Part shown: positions 18,351 through 33,195 of the stretch, in pieces
How positions within the stretch are numbered: the stretch's first letter is position 1
Layout of the letters: each line of letters starts with the position of its first letter
Program-made: the position numbers and the translations under genes
DNA from: the human T2T-CHM13v2.0 reference genome, Homo sapiens
Length of the DNA: 64,000 nt
Direction: 5' to 3' (one strand)
Assembly: GCF_009914755.1 (NCBI RefSeq)
Contig: NC_060926.1
The notes under the pieces: generated by a model
Seen by the model: only the letters and a program-made list of their open reading frames with translations
Told to the model about the DNA's origin: nothing
The model's database searches: none

Positions 18351-18915
18351 TCAAATTATTAAGTATTTAAAAATTAACTTGGGTCAGAAATAAACATTGA
18401 AAAGCCAAGTGAAGAAAATATTTGTAACAATTATTACTGATAAAATTTTGATGCCTTTATTAATATAAAGAACTCATACAAATCCATAAGGCAAGCACTG
18501 AATCCTTAATGAATTGAAGGAGAACTTAACAGAATAAGCACTTACCCCAGGAGAGAATTTTGTAGCTGTACTTTTGTAAGTGTATATTCAGAATTATCTG
18601 GAATCCCCACATTTCATTAATGTACTACCAGTGCTCTTGGTAACATGTAGTCTAAGAGAACTTTTTTTTTTTCCAGTGCACTATAGCTGTGTAAAGTAAT
18701 TGCACCTAAGAGAAAAATAGATTAAAAGATACAAAACATCATGCAGGACATGGTCAAGGAAAAAAGGAGACAAAATAGAGCATTGTAAATTTGCATTGTT
18801 TTAAAGTAGCTTTGAGAGAATTTTGAAAGATCTTGTTCTATGTAATCTGTCCCCTCCAAAAATTCTTTTTTTCTTTTTTACAGGTGTAAATTAATTATTT
18901 GAAAGCAACTGAACA

Positions 18916-20850
18916 ATGGAGCCAGACATCATTCGAATGTACTCTTCATCCCCACCACCATTAGACAATGGAGCAGAGGATGATGATGATGATGAATTTG
19001 GGGAATTTGGTGGGTTTTCAGAAGTTAGCCCTTCTGGTGTAGGGTTTGTTGATTTCGATACACCAGATTATACTCGTCCCAAGGAAGAGTTTGTACCTTC
19101 AAACCATTTTATGCCAATTCATGAATTCTCAGAAAATGTAGATAGCCTTACAAGCTTTAAGTCCATTAAAAATGGTAATGATAAGGACATCACTGCTGAA
19201 CTTTCTGCTCCTGTGAAAGGACAGTCTGATGTTTTACTTTCTACCACCAGCAAAGAAATAATTTCATCTGAAATGTTAGCTACTTCCATTGATGGCATGG
19301 AAAGACCAGGAAATTTAAATAAAGTAGTGGAGCAGAGACAGAATGTTGGAACACTTGAAAGTTTCTCTCCAGGAGATTTTAGAACTAATATGAATGTTGT
19401 TCATCAAAACAAGCAGTTAGAGAGCTGCAATGGTGAAAAGCCTCCTTGTCTGGAGATTCTAACAAATGGGTTTGCAGTGTTGGAAACTGTAAATCCTCAG
19501 GGAACAGATGATCTGGACAATGTAGCTGATTCAAAGGGACGGAAGCCTCTTAGCACTCATAGCACTGAGTATAATTTAGACTCTGTACCTAGTCCTGCTG
19601 AGGAATTTGCAGATTTTGCCACATTTTCCAAAAAGGAAAGGATACAATTAGAAGAAATAGAATGTGCAGTTTTAAATGATAGAGAAGCACTAACCATTCG
19701 GGAAAACAATAAAATTAATAGAGTCAATGAACTGAATTCTGTAAAAGAAGTGGCTTTGGGTAGAAGCTTGGATAACAAAGGAGACACTGATGGAGAGGAT
19801 CAGGTTTGTGTTTCAGAAATAAGCATAGTGACTAACAGAGGTTTCAGTGTTGAAAAACAAGGCCTTCCAACACTGCAACAGGATGAATTTTTACAGTCAG
19901 GTGTTCAGTCAAAGGCTTGGAGTTTGGTAGACTCAGCTGATAATTCAGAAGCCATTAGGAGAGAACAATGTAAAACTGAAGAAAAACTTGACTTACTTAC
20001 TTCTAAATGTGCTCACCTATGCATGGATTCTGTTAAAACTTCTGATGATGAAGTTGGTTCTCCCAAAGAAGAAAGTAGAAAGTTTACTAATTTCCAAAGC
20101 CCAAACATTGACCCCACAGAAGAAAATGATTTGGATGATTCTTTAAGTGTAAAAAATGGTGATAGTAGTAATGACTTTGTGACTTGCAATGATATCAATG
20201 AAGATGATTTTGGTGATTTTGGTGACTTTGGCTCTGCCAGTGGCTCAACTCCACCTTTTGTTACTGGTACTCAAGATTCAATGAGTGATGCCACTTTTGA
20301 AGAGTCTTCAGAGCACTTTCCACATTTTAGTGAACCAGGTGATGACTTTGGAGAATTTGGGGATATAAATGCTGTTTCTTGCCAAGAGGAGACAATATTA
20401 ACAAAGTCAGACCTAAAACAGACTTCTGATAATTTATCAGAAGAATGTCAATTGGCAAGAAAATCTAGTGGAACAGGCACTGAACCTGTTGCAAAACTTA
20501 AAAATGGGCAAGAAGGTGAGATTGGACATTTTGATTCTGTGCCAAATATTCAGGATGACTGCAATGGTTTTCAAGACTCTGATGATTTTGCAGACTTCAG
20601 TTCAGCTGGTCCTAGCCAAGTTGTAGATTGGAATGCTTTTGAGGATGAACAAAAAGATAGTTGTTCTTGGGCTGCTTTTGGAGACCAGCAGGCTACTGAA
20701 TCTCATCATCGAAAGGAAGCCTGGCAGTCACATAGGACAGATGAAAATATTGATACTCCAGGAACCCCCAAAACGCACAGTGTACCTTCAGCAACTTCCA
20801 AAGGAGCAGTTGCTAGTGGCCATTTACAGGAATCAGCCACTTCAGTTCAG
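18916..20850 (+). CDS. AFTPH: AFTPH exon 2 coding part, aa 1-645; acidic low-complexity region with gamma-adaptin-ear and WxxF-acidic motifs
   Basis: Acceptor ttttctttttta CAG ends 18883; exon starts 18884. ATG 18916 has A at -3 and G at +4, with an in-frame TGA 6 nt upstream. Donor CAG|gtattt at 20850/20851. Motifs: F28GEF, F31GGF, F231ADF, F432GDF, F435GDF, F478GEF, F558ADF, W572NAFEDE, W585AAFGD. Confidence 0.97.
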
Positions 20851-22649
20851 GTATTTACTAATTTTCTCTATTTTGTATGATGTATTAATTGTTGTGGAGG
20901 CTTCTAATTTCAGCTTTTCAAAAAATATTTTTTCAACTGAGTACTTGTTAAAGGAGTCTCGTTATGATGTATAATGCCTGTCTGATTTGTGGGTTGGTTA
21001 CATTTTTCACAACCCTTTGGGAAACTACAAATAGTCCTATAGTAAAGCGCAGTAAGATTTTTCTTTATCTCAATGAGTTTCGTTAATATTTACAGATACT
21101 CATCAACTTGGATTTTTTGGTGACTATAAATACCATATATGTTAAAAAAAAAAAAAAAAACCCACACTTATTACCTAATTGACGGTTCCAGTCAATCCTT
21201 CAGTATTACCCTTTACAGTGATTTTAAAAGAAGGTTAAACTGAGATTTGGATCTTTTTTTTTTTAAGCTTAAGAATAGAATGTTAATTTTTTCCATCAAA
21301 GACCTAGGAAATTCAAGTACGGTTTTGATTCCAGGAGAGAACAAGCAGAATTTGAAACCTCATTCTGTGCCAAAGGCTATAGTGAATTGAAGAACAGAAA
21401 AACAACTAGAAAAAAGCAAGTTTTTCTTTTTCCTCATAATTTAGCAGCTGCTAAAAGACTTGGGGTGAGGGTATGAGATGAATTAAGGTTTAGTCCTAAA
21501 ATAAGAAATAACTATAGGTTCACTTATTGTAGTTGTATTTATTTGCCTATACTTTCTTACAAATGTACTTGTTAGCTCTTCCTAGAGAGTAGGTGTGTCA
21601 GGGAGAATATTTTTACCCCTTACCTCCTATACATTATCCTTTTTTGATTCAGACTCTTTCAGAAAAGATTCATTAAGATTCACTTTGACCTAAAGTAGCC
21701 CCTAGAGGTGTAGCTTGATATCTAGGTTGTTCCCCAGTCCAGAGTTCTACTCTGTGCTAAACTTTACCTTTTTTCAACTCCAGGGGTGTGGAAGAGGGCA
21801 CTCCCTTGAACCTCACTGCCTTATACTGACAATTGATATATGTAACTAACACCTGATCCACAAGCTTATTTTAAATATACTGTTAATAAACTCAGAATCT
21901 ACAAACTTTATTTCTCCAGTTATCTTCTGCTAAGAAAACCATTTTCAACTGGAAATCTTTCCAAAGTCTTTGTAATTGAAATACTTATATTTCATTGCCT
22001 TGATAACTTTGAGACAGTAAGATATTAGAGAAATTATGGTATTACCAGTTGGTGTGCATAGCTAATCGCTTTTTAGTTGGCTTTTGTGTCAAAGTAGTTT
22101 AATTTGCTAATTCAGTTATTACATGGTTTAGCTAATGTGTATTATTCCTATTGAGCAGTTCATTATTTAGGCAGAACCTTGCCATTTTAAACAAGAAGTG
22201 AACTAATTATGATGCTAAATGAGGACTGTTGCTTTTGACCTAACCCTTTCCCTATTTAGTTTCATCTCACTAGAGGATAGGGTGACACTGGTATTGGGTG
22301 ATCTTTAATTTGTAGCCTTAGAACTTTTAACATCATCAGATAATGAATTTTTTAAAGTGTGACCACTCAAGTAGGAATTTCTTGCATCATACAAGTTGAT
22401 TGAAGTTATTTATGTATAATTTGATAACTGGATATAGGAGATAATAAAGCGTATGGGCTTCATGGAATCTGACAGATCTGAGTTTGAATTTTGACCCAGC
22501 CTCTTAAAAAGCCTTATGATTTTTGGATAGGTTACTTCTGAATTCAGCTGTATATACAAAGAAGGTAATACCTACTTCAAAGAACTTTTGTGAATATAAA
22601 AGGAAATTTTAAAATGAGTGAAATAATCTGCTAGAAAATAAGAATTTTA

Positions 22650-23041
<392 letters not shown>

Positions 23042-23270
23042 GACTTTCTTGGATTTGTTTGGCTAAGGCCTCATGCTTCTATTTTTGCTAATGGGTTATG
23101 GAAAATGAACAGAATTTGGATGTTGGGAAAGAGAAACTGCTGGAGGAGGCCAGAAGAAGTTTGGGAAGAAAGTTGAAGTAGTGAAATGGATAAACCCTGC
23201 TGAGTAAGTGACTGAGTCAGAAGTGGAGAAAGATTGAACAAAGACTCTCGTTCTTACCCTGCTGTTGTGA

Positions 23271-23728
<458 letters not shown>

Positions 23729-24925
23729 TCCTCACATATTAATAACAGTAAGCATTAAGTTTTTTAGTGGTAAAAGTTGAAATGATTTATTTCTGTTCAA
23801 TCTTACCCGGATGCCACAAGTGTCCTGAACAAAATGCCATCAAGTGGTTTTGTCCGAATTTTGCTTTGACAGAACGTGTTTTAGAATTCAGAGCTTAATT
23901 AAACAAACATGGCAATTTGATTTAATTTGTTTGATTAAACAAGCATGGAAAACAAATCTTTGTTTTGTGAAGTCAGACAAATGGTATAGTTGGTCATTTC
24001 AGATTTCTTCCACTTTTCACTATTTGGTATGTGACATTGTCCAGGTCCCCATTTCTTAGCACTTTCCTGTTTTTAGCCCACCAAAAAGATATCTTAAAAT
24101 GTTAATAAATATGTCTTCGTTGGGGTTAGTGCAATAATTTGTTACTTAGGTAGCGAAAAGTCAAGCAAGAATTCTTGCAAAATTAAAAAAATGTTCGTAG
24201 TCTAATTCTCAGCTGTGGGTCCAGCCAGTCTCAGAGGGTTCAAGCTTTGATGTAAAAGCCATATATGAACATTATTGAGAAATAGATATCTTGTCCCTTC
24301 GGTGAATAATTTTTTCTGAGAACCTGAAGTTTAGTATATTTCATTCTTTTGTTAACATTTGTATAAATTGTAGAGAAGGTAAGTAGTGGTATCTCCATTA
24401 TACGAATGAGAACGAGGTCTTCACTTTTTGGCTAAAGATTTAAAACAACAAAATGCAACAACAACAACAAAACCTTCCTTACATTTCAAAGCAGTCCTTT
24501 TTTATGAGTGTTATTTTAACAATTTTTTTTTCTGTCCTGGGAAGCCAGGAAATTTTTTTTTAACTTTTTTGTTTCAGAAAGAAATCTTGATTGAAATAAC
24601 CAAAATGCCTTGTTTGATAGCTACATGATAAAAGAGGTAATGAATGTCATAAGCACTGCATTTACCCCTGAGCTTTTGTAAAATTTTAAAATATTGTTCT
24701 GGATATCATTTAGAAATTTAGGTAATTGGTAAGTAATCTGTTTATATTAATTGGGTATAGAAAAGGAGGCTATGAGTTATTTTTTATTAGACATCCAATT
24801 GATAATGCTACAGGGAAAATGCTGTTAGCTGAAGATTTGTTTTGAGAGCTTTGAAAGTCAAGTGCCACCAAAAAGAAGAGAATTACTAATACCTTGGCTT
24901 GTGTTAGTTCAAGATTAAGTTACTG

Positions 24926-25068
24926 GTTTGTTTTGTTTTTGAGACGGAATCTTGCTCTGTCGCCCAGGCTGGAGTGCAGGTGCAATCTCGGCTCACTGCA
25001 GCCTATGCCTCCTGAGTTCAAGCGAGTCTCGTGCCTCAGCCTCCCAAGTAGCTGTGATTACAGGCATA
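24926..25068 (-). mobile_element. Partial Alu (right arm)
   Basis: ttttgagacggaatcttgctctgtcgcccaggctgg...gattacaggc. Confidence 0.85.
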
Positions 25069-25705
25069 GAAACTCAGTGTTCTTAAACTGAATATAACCA
25101 GTCCTACCTTTTCATCTTCACTTATTTAGTCATCTAGCTAATATTTATGCAGGTTTTCCATCCTGTGAACACTGGAACATACAACTGAAAACAGAAGTAA
25201 GCAACAAAATAAGAGAATTAAGATGTAAGACTTTAGCTTTCCTTATAGATCTTTCCTTATTTAACTATTTCGATAGAATTTCCTTTTGCTATTTTTTCCT
25301 CAGAAAATTTGACTATCTGGTGTTTAATTTCAAAATAGAAATGCTTTATTAGATTTATTCAGAAACTGTACAGAAGGGAAAAATCATGTTTAGATCTGGT
25401 GAATATTACAGCTGGTCACTCTTTATACAGCTTGAAATTGGGGATTGGTAAGTATACAGTTGTAGATTGTACTTGATAGCTTACTTAATATTTAATGGTG
25501 CTGCAGCATAAGATATCCTCTTAAATGGAAGATTAAATTACCCAGTGGATTTTAATGTTTCTTCTAAACTTCTACTTGAGTGTGAAACCTAATGTTATCA
25601 ATATTAAAACTATTGATATTAATCAACTCCTGTCCCTAAGCAAGAAAGGAAAACTAACTGGAAATAAGTTGAAGGAATATCAAGAGTTACCTTAAATATA
25701 AAATA

Positions 25706-26531
25706 CTTAAGTCATTACTTAATATCCTTGATAGGGTCTTGGAAACTGCAACTTTAAGTGAAAGGACATATAACAAAACCAATTTTACCATAGGCTAACT
25801 GATATAAACAAGAGTTAAGTTTCTATGGCATCTTTCTGGTCACAGAAACATCACTGAACCTCTAAATAAAGACACAAAGCACTTCTAATATTAAACATTG
25901 AAATAAATGTGAGCTATGCTCACATTTAAGAAAGATTACAAAGAACAAGAAACATAATTACTTACCCAGTTTTTGGTGAATCAGTGAGTGACATCACTCA
26001 TAGTGGTGCTGGGTAAAATCAAGGGATAAACGTTTGCAAAGCAAAAATGATCTAAGGAGCACCTCCTACCACCATACAATTCAAAAACAATCACAAATCT
26101 GGCAGGCTCACTGGGCACTTTCATACTGCATAATTTATTGCTGTGCATTTGTATGATTATTGTAGACTTCACGAATGTTTACTTTGTAATTTATTCTTTT
26201 TGCAATCTACTTATTCCAGCTCAGGGTCATCAGTGGCCGAAGCCTATCCCTCCAGCTCAGGGTACAAGGCTGAAACTATTCCTGGCCTGAATGCCATTCC
26301 ATTGCAGGGCACACTCACACACACATACCAGCACTTACTCAGACTGGAACAATTTAGACAATCTAATGTACACATCTTTAGGATCTATAAGGAAACTGGC
26401 ATACCCAGAAAAAAAACCCAGGTGGACATACGGAAAATGTGCAAACTCCACACAGGTAGTGGCTGCAGCCAGGAATCAGTTGTTTTTCTCATCAACATTA
26501 CAACAAAATGACATTATTCAAGGACCTGCTG
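25706..26531 (-). mobile_element. MER6 non-autonomous TcMar-Tigger DNA transposon, near full length
   Basis: Reverse strand begins cagcaggtccttgaataatgtc...gatgagaaaaa; the other end reads cttggaaactgcaactttaagtgaaa...accataggctaa; recalled as the MER6 consensus. Confidence 0.8.
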
Positions 26532-26670
26532 TCCTTTAAAGGAGATAGGCATTTGAATGGCATAAGAACCAGAGTCTGGGGTCCTGTGTACACCTCTCTG
26601 GAAAGCTAAATGAGACTTGCAATACACTTAATCTCTTTATGCCCAGATGTAGTCATTTATAAAATAGAGG

Positions 26671-27518
26671 TGTATTAGAGTTCTCCAGATAAACAGAACC
26701 AATAGGGTATGTGTGGAGGTTAGGGAGGGAAGGATGGGGAGGGGAAGTAGAAGTGGAGGTAGTAGAGAGAGAGAGATTGATTATTGGAAATTGAGAAGTT
26801 CCAAAAGCCACAGTGCATAAGCTGGAGACCCAAGAGCTGATGGTGTAGTTCCAGTCTGAGTCCAAAGCCCTAAGAACCAGGAGAGCAGTGGTGTAAGTTC
26901 CAGCCCAGGAGCCAGCAGGCTTAAGATCTAAGAAGAGCTGATTTTTTAGCTCAAGTCCAACTGAAGTACCAACTCAAAATCAGGCAGAAGTTCCTTAGCA
27001 TTTTTGTTCTATTCAGGTCTTCAGCTGATTGGATGAGGCCTACCCACATTAGGGAGGGCAATCTGCTTTAGTCAGATTACCAATTCAAATCTTAATCTCA
27101 TCTAGAAACACCCTCACAGGTACTCCCAGAATAACATGTTTTCGCGTTCTTTGGTTTGTTTTTGAGACAGGGTCCCATTCCGTTGCCCAGCCTGGAGTGT
27201 AGTGGCATGGTCTCTGCTCACTGCAGCCTTCACCTCTTGGTTTCAAGCAGTCCTCCCACCTCAGCCTCTCTAGTAGCTGAGACTACAGGTGTGTGCGACC
27301 ACACCTGGCTAATTTTTGTATTTTTTATAGAAATGGGATTTTGCCATGTTGCCCAGATGGTCTCCAACTCCTGGGCTCAAGCAATCTGCCTGCCTCTGCC
27401 TCCTAGAGTGCTGGGATTATAGGCATGAGCCACCATGCTCCGCCCCAGAATAATGTTTGACCAAATGTCTGGGCACCCCATGGCCCAGTCAAGTTGACAC
27501 ATAAATTTAACCATCACA
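26671..27518 (-). mobile_element. MLT2 (ERVL) solo LTR interrupted by AluJ
   Basis: TG...CA ends; reverse strand tgtgatggttaaatttatgtgtcaacttgactggg; perfect 5-bp TSD AGAGG at 26666-26670 and 27519-27523. Confidence 0.88.
27140..27444 (-). mobile_element. AluJ nested in MLT2
   Basis: Antisense dimer; flanking repeat cccagaataa. Confidence 0.88.
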
Positions 27519-28012
27519 AGAGGGAACACCTTACATCCATATATAGCTTTCAGGATTTATGGAAGACTGGAACCTGTTTGTGACTAAAACGTGCCAGTCG
27601 AGAAGCTCTGCATTAGATTAAATGGCTTACTTGCACCAGTGGATAAAGTGAAATGGCTGCTTATATACCCTGGGACTTTCTTCCACTACCCCGAGACATA
27701 AAGACATGACAGAACTAGGAATGAGTAAAAGTTGTCAATTCATACATGAAGCTTTGCCCCACTGATGAATTAAACCATTGGGTAATCATTTTTTGCTTTT
27801 CCAGAAACCAAATCTGGTTTAAAAAATAATAATAATTATAAAGACATTCAAGGTAATGAAGGACCCTGATAGGAAAATGAATATACAAGAAATGAGAAAA
27901 TTGGGAAAGAGGGAAAAGCTAAAAAAGCAAATGTACCTTTGAAGATGTGGTGTAGCCAAGGATGCATACGACTTTCCTGAGCCCTTTCTCCATAAAATGT
28001 GTTTTTTGGTTA

Positions 28013-28411
<399 letters not shown>

Positions 28412-28834
28412 CTATTCTGAGAGCGAAAGCTCCTGCTTTGGGCTAGTTTCCATTCAGAATGGTTTTTGATAGGTATGAACTAGTCTAAGCACAAGTATAC
28501 TTCTGTGTAAGTAGCATAGCTCCTCTACTTGGCTTCATAGCATTGGACATTAATAGAGAAAATGAAAAAGGAGGGTATGGTACCTGCCTTGAATAGCATT
28601 TGATTTTTAATCCTACATTTATCAGAGCCCCAGTTTTTAAAATGTTTAATAGCCAGATGTGCTGTTTGCCAGGCTTAGAAGTTGGTACTTCTGTGAATGA
28701 AAAGGTGTGACTGAGTCACATAAACTGGTATTCAGCTAGCCAGTCATCAGTTTATTCCATATTCAAGGGAAAACCAAGGACTGTTTTTCCTCTTTATACT
28801 TTGAAGATGATGGCATTTAAAATTCAAGTAATTG

Positions 28835-29135
28835 GGGCTGGGTGTGGTGGCCCACATGTGAAATCCTAGTGCTTTGGGAGGCCAAGGCAGGAGGATTGCT
28901 TGAAAGGAGGAGTTCAAGACCAGCCTTGGCAACATAGTGAGACGCCATCTCTACAAAAAATAAAAAATAAAAATTAGCCAGGCCTGGTGGTGTTCACCTG
29001 TGGTCCTAGCTACCCAGGAGGTTGTGACAGGATCACTCGAGCCCAGAAGTTCAAGGCTGCAGTGAGCTGTGATGGCACCACTGCGCTGAAGCCTGAATGA
29101 GCGAGTGAGACCATCTCTTAAAAAGAAAAAAAAAA
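28835..29135 (+). mobile_element. AluJ SINE
   Basis: Full dimer; TSD tcaagtaattg. Confidence 0.88.
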
Positions 29136-29419
29136 TCAAGTAATTGCTGTAACTATTATTTTGATTTGACGTTTAGTATTGTAACATCAGCTAAATATTT
29201 AGTATGCTAAGTGTGCATTTATTTGTTACCTTCATATTCAGAATGCAGCACTGACTCTTTAGTAAGAATTAACAACTAACTTTGTTGAAAACAATGAATT
29301 GTAGTGTTAGATGAAATCATTTGCTTTAAGCATAGTTATCACCGCACCATTTAACAGGTAAATCCCTTATCTAATTATGGCTAGAAATGTTTGAAAGACC
29401 ACAAAATGTGGGGAAAAAC

Positions 29420-30170
29420 ATGATTTAGTGAAAAGAATGTAGGCTTTGGAGTCAGACTTTGGATCAAATATCTGCTGTGTACTATACCACCAGTAAGGCT
29501 ATGGTACTTACCTGAATCTTCCTGAACTATAGTTTCTTCATCTGTAATATGAAGACAGTAATACTTCTGGAGTTTCTTTTAGAAGATTCATGGAGTAATA
29601 CATGTAGAGCGTCAAGCATAATATGGTATATGGGAGACAAGATTTGGCTATTTTATGTCTTGTAATTATTTAAATATGCCCAACCTGTGTATAAAAATGA
29701 TTTAGATGGCTTACAGTAAGATATACTTTTATAAGTAGAACAATTATGCCCCCTGCAGTCCTAAATGAAGGCGAAGTGCTTTTTTTTTTTTTTTTAATCT
29801 GGTGCACATTAATACCAACTATGTGCAGGAACCCAGGTACTGGAAATTCAAGAAAAAGACATAGTCCCTGCCCTCAAAGCTCTTGCAATTTTTAGAAATT
29901 GAACTTAGAACTGCTTTGATGACAACATAATATAGTGGTTAAGAGCACCTACACTGAAACTATACTTCCTGGGTAGGAACTCAGCCTCTCCACTTAATAT
30001 TCATGTGACCACAGGGAAGTTAACCTCTTTCTGCTCTGCTTTTCTCATCCAGGAAATGGAGATGATATTATTACCTCCCTCATATGGTTCTTTTGAAACT
30101 TAAATGAGCTAAACTTTGTAAAGCATTTAGAATAATGTCTGCCACATGGTGGGCACTATGTGAGCATTAA
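29420..30170. mobile_element. Two MIR fragments (about 29420-29640 and 29920-30170)
   Basis: MIR core text ggctttggagtcagac, tttcttcatctgtaa, tgtaaagcatttagaata. Confidence 0.65.
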
Positions 30171-31104
30171 ATGAAAATTATGTTACATGATAGCAAGCTT
30201 TTGCAGCTTCTGAGTAGGTTTCAGAGTACATCTTTTGATCTTTTGCTGAATTTAGGCTCCCACTTTCCTGAACTGGGTTAAAATGATATTGTTTGCTTTA
30301 CTTATACTGCCTTACGTGCCTAAGGAAACTAGAGCTCAGCCAGTGTCACTTCACCAATTCTAAATAATAAAGTATCTATTTTTTGGAATTTTACATCTAA
30401 TTCAAGTCCACACGTACTGTAATATGTTAGTAAATGTCACTGTTTGATGCAACCTTTTTCTGCATTAATCTGCTACAGGGAGTTTGAAGATTTGTGTTGT
30501 GCCCCCACCTAATCAAAACCAGTAGATTTCCCATTATGGCTGCATATACTCTGTATTGAAATAGGAGTTCACATAAGCAGAGTAATATAAGCAAAGTTCC
30601 TTTGTACTCATAAGAAGAAATCCAAGTTTAATATTTTACTTTAACTAGAGTTTTGATGTGATACTGAATTTTACTACTGATTTATTTGCATATGTTAAAC
30701 TATCCTTGGCTGATGTTGAGAGGATGATTGTATTGTAAAACAGATGAAAATAATATATGTACCCCCAAAAAATTTTTGAAAAACAAATTTGAAACCTTTG
30801 CCACTCTCACAGTTTTGATACACCTTTTATCCCAAGTGCTCAAATTTTATGTTCAAAATAGCAATGATTTCTTTAAAAAATTAGTGTCTGATCACAATCT
30901 GTTTGGGAAAATCTATTTCCTGAAAAAAACCTGTCTGGTCATAAGAGAAACTGTTCTTGTGGTAGGTTATTTTAACTTCTCTTCTTCTGAGTATTACATT
31001 AGTTATATTCTTGTAACTGTTCTACTTACCAAGTTATTTGGACTATGTTACATCACATTTTTGAATGTTTAACTTTATTGTGCTTCTTGGAAAGCAAAGT
31101 ACTC

Positions 31105-31346
31105 TTTTTGAGATGGAGTCTTGCACCTCTGCCTCCCAGGTTCAAGTGATTCTCTTTGCCTGGGCCTCCCCAAGTAGCTGGGATTACAGGCACCAGCCAC
31201 CACGCCCAGCTAATTTTTTTGTACTTTTAGTAGAGACACGGTTTCACAATGTTGGTCAGGCTGGTCTCGAACTCCTGACCTTGTGATCTGCCTGCCTCGG
31301 CCTCCCAAAGTGCTGGAATTACAGGCATGAGCCACCGCGCCCAGCT
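31105..31346 (-). mobile_element. AluS with an internal deletion in the right arm
   Basis: gagtcttgc joins directly to acctctgcctccc; flanking repeat aagcaaagta. Confidence 0.85.
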
Positions 31347-31715
31347 GAGAAGCAAAGTATTCTTAATGCCTAATGTGTGGTTTATACATTTTGTGTTTCA
31401 TAATGCAATCAAGATTTAAGTCATAATGCCTGTAAGCCAACCACCAATATCCAAAATTTAAACTCTACAAGGAGTAACTATAGCAGGTTTCATTTATATA
31501 AGAGACTCTTAAAAATAGATACTCTTAAAAACTAGGTACTTTTTTTTCCCCCAACTCAATAGGATGACCTTGGGAAGGATGCAGAATGCTTAGATTATTT
31601 AATTTCTTGTTATATCATAATATGGTAGAAATTGATAAATTGAGATAAGTATTTTCATAGTGATTTAGAATGCTAAATCATGGTAGAGAAACATTCTTAG
31701 TGAGCTTTGATTCTA

Positions 31716-32158
<443 letters not shown>

Positions 32159-32281
32159 TTACTGGAATTAACTAGTAGTAAGTTAAATTTGGCCTTATTT
32201 ATTACCCAAAACAAGATAGTGGTGAGAAACTCATTACAGGATGCCCTTACCACCAAACTGGTCTTATGGAAATTGATACAC

Positions 32282-32578
32282 TTTTTTTTTTTTTTTAAGA
32301 CCAAGTCTTGCTCTGTCACCCAGGCTGGACTACAGTGGCATGATCTCAGCTCACTGCCACCTCCACCTCTCCTGGTTCAAGTGATTCTCATGCCTCAACC
32401 TCCTGAGTAGCTGGGACTACAGGCGTGCGCCACCATGCCCTGCTAATTTTTGTATTTTTAGTAGAGACGGGGTTTCACCATGTTGGCCAGGCTGGTTTCA
32501 AACTCCTGAGCTCAAGCAATCCACCCGCCTCGGCTTCCCAAAGTGCTGGGATTACAGGCGTGAGACACTGCACCTGGC
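32282..32578 (-). mobile_element. AluS SINE
   Basis: TSD tggaaattgatacac. Confidence 0.92.
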
Positions 32579-32636
32579 TGGAAATTGATACACTTTTAAA
32601 AATAAAATGTCAGAGTAAATTTAATAAAAATATTTG

Positions 32637-32934
<298 letters not shown>

Positions 32935-33039
32935 GCCTTTGTTCATTCTATTAGTTGCTGAATTGTTGAGGAGTTTCCCTCCCTGTGTTGGGCAATGCTG
33001 TTAGTGGATTCTGGTTATTTATTATTTACTGCTCTACCT

Positions 33040-33195
33040 CAAGGGGCAAACCATGACCCACAGGACAAATCTACTGCCTGTTTTTGTAAATAAGTTTCAC
33101 TGGAACATACCCATGCTTATTCCTTTACATATGGCCTACAAGGCCTAACATATTTACTGTCTGGCTCTCTATAGAAAAGATTGCTAATCTCCTGC
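33040..33195. mobile_element. MER58-like hAT-Charlie MITE, internally deleted
   Basis: ctgcctgtttttgtaaataag...atatttactgtctggctctctatagaaaag. Confidence 0.65.

Noticed and set aside
19557-20974. Antisense and alternative-frame ORFs overlapping exon 2
   Set aside because: Short shadow frames with no recognisable domains.
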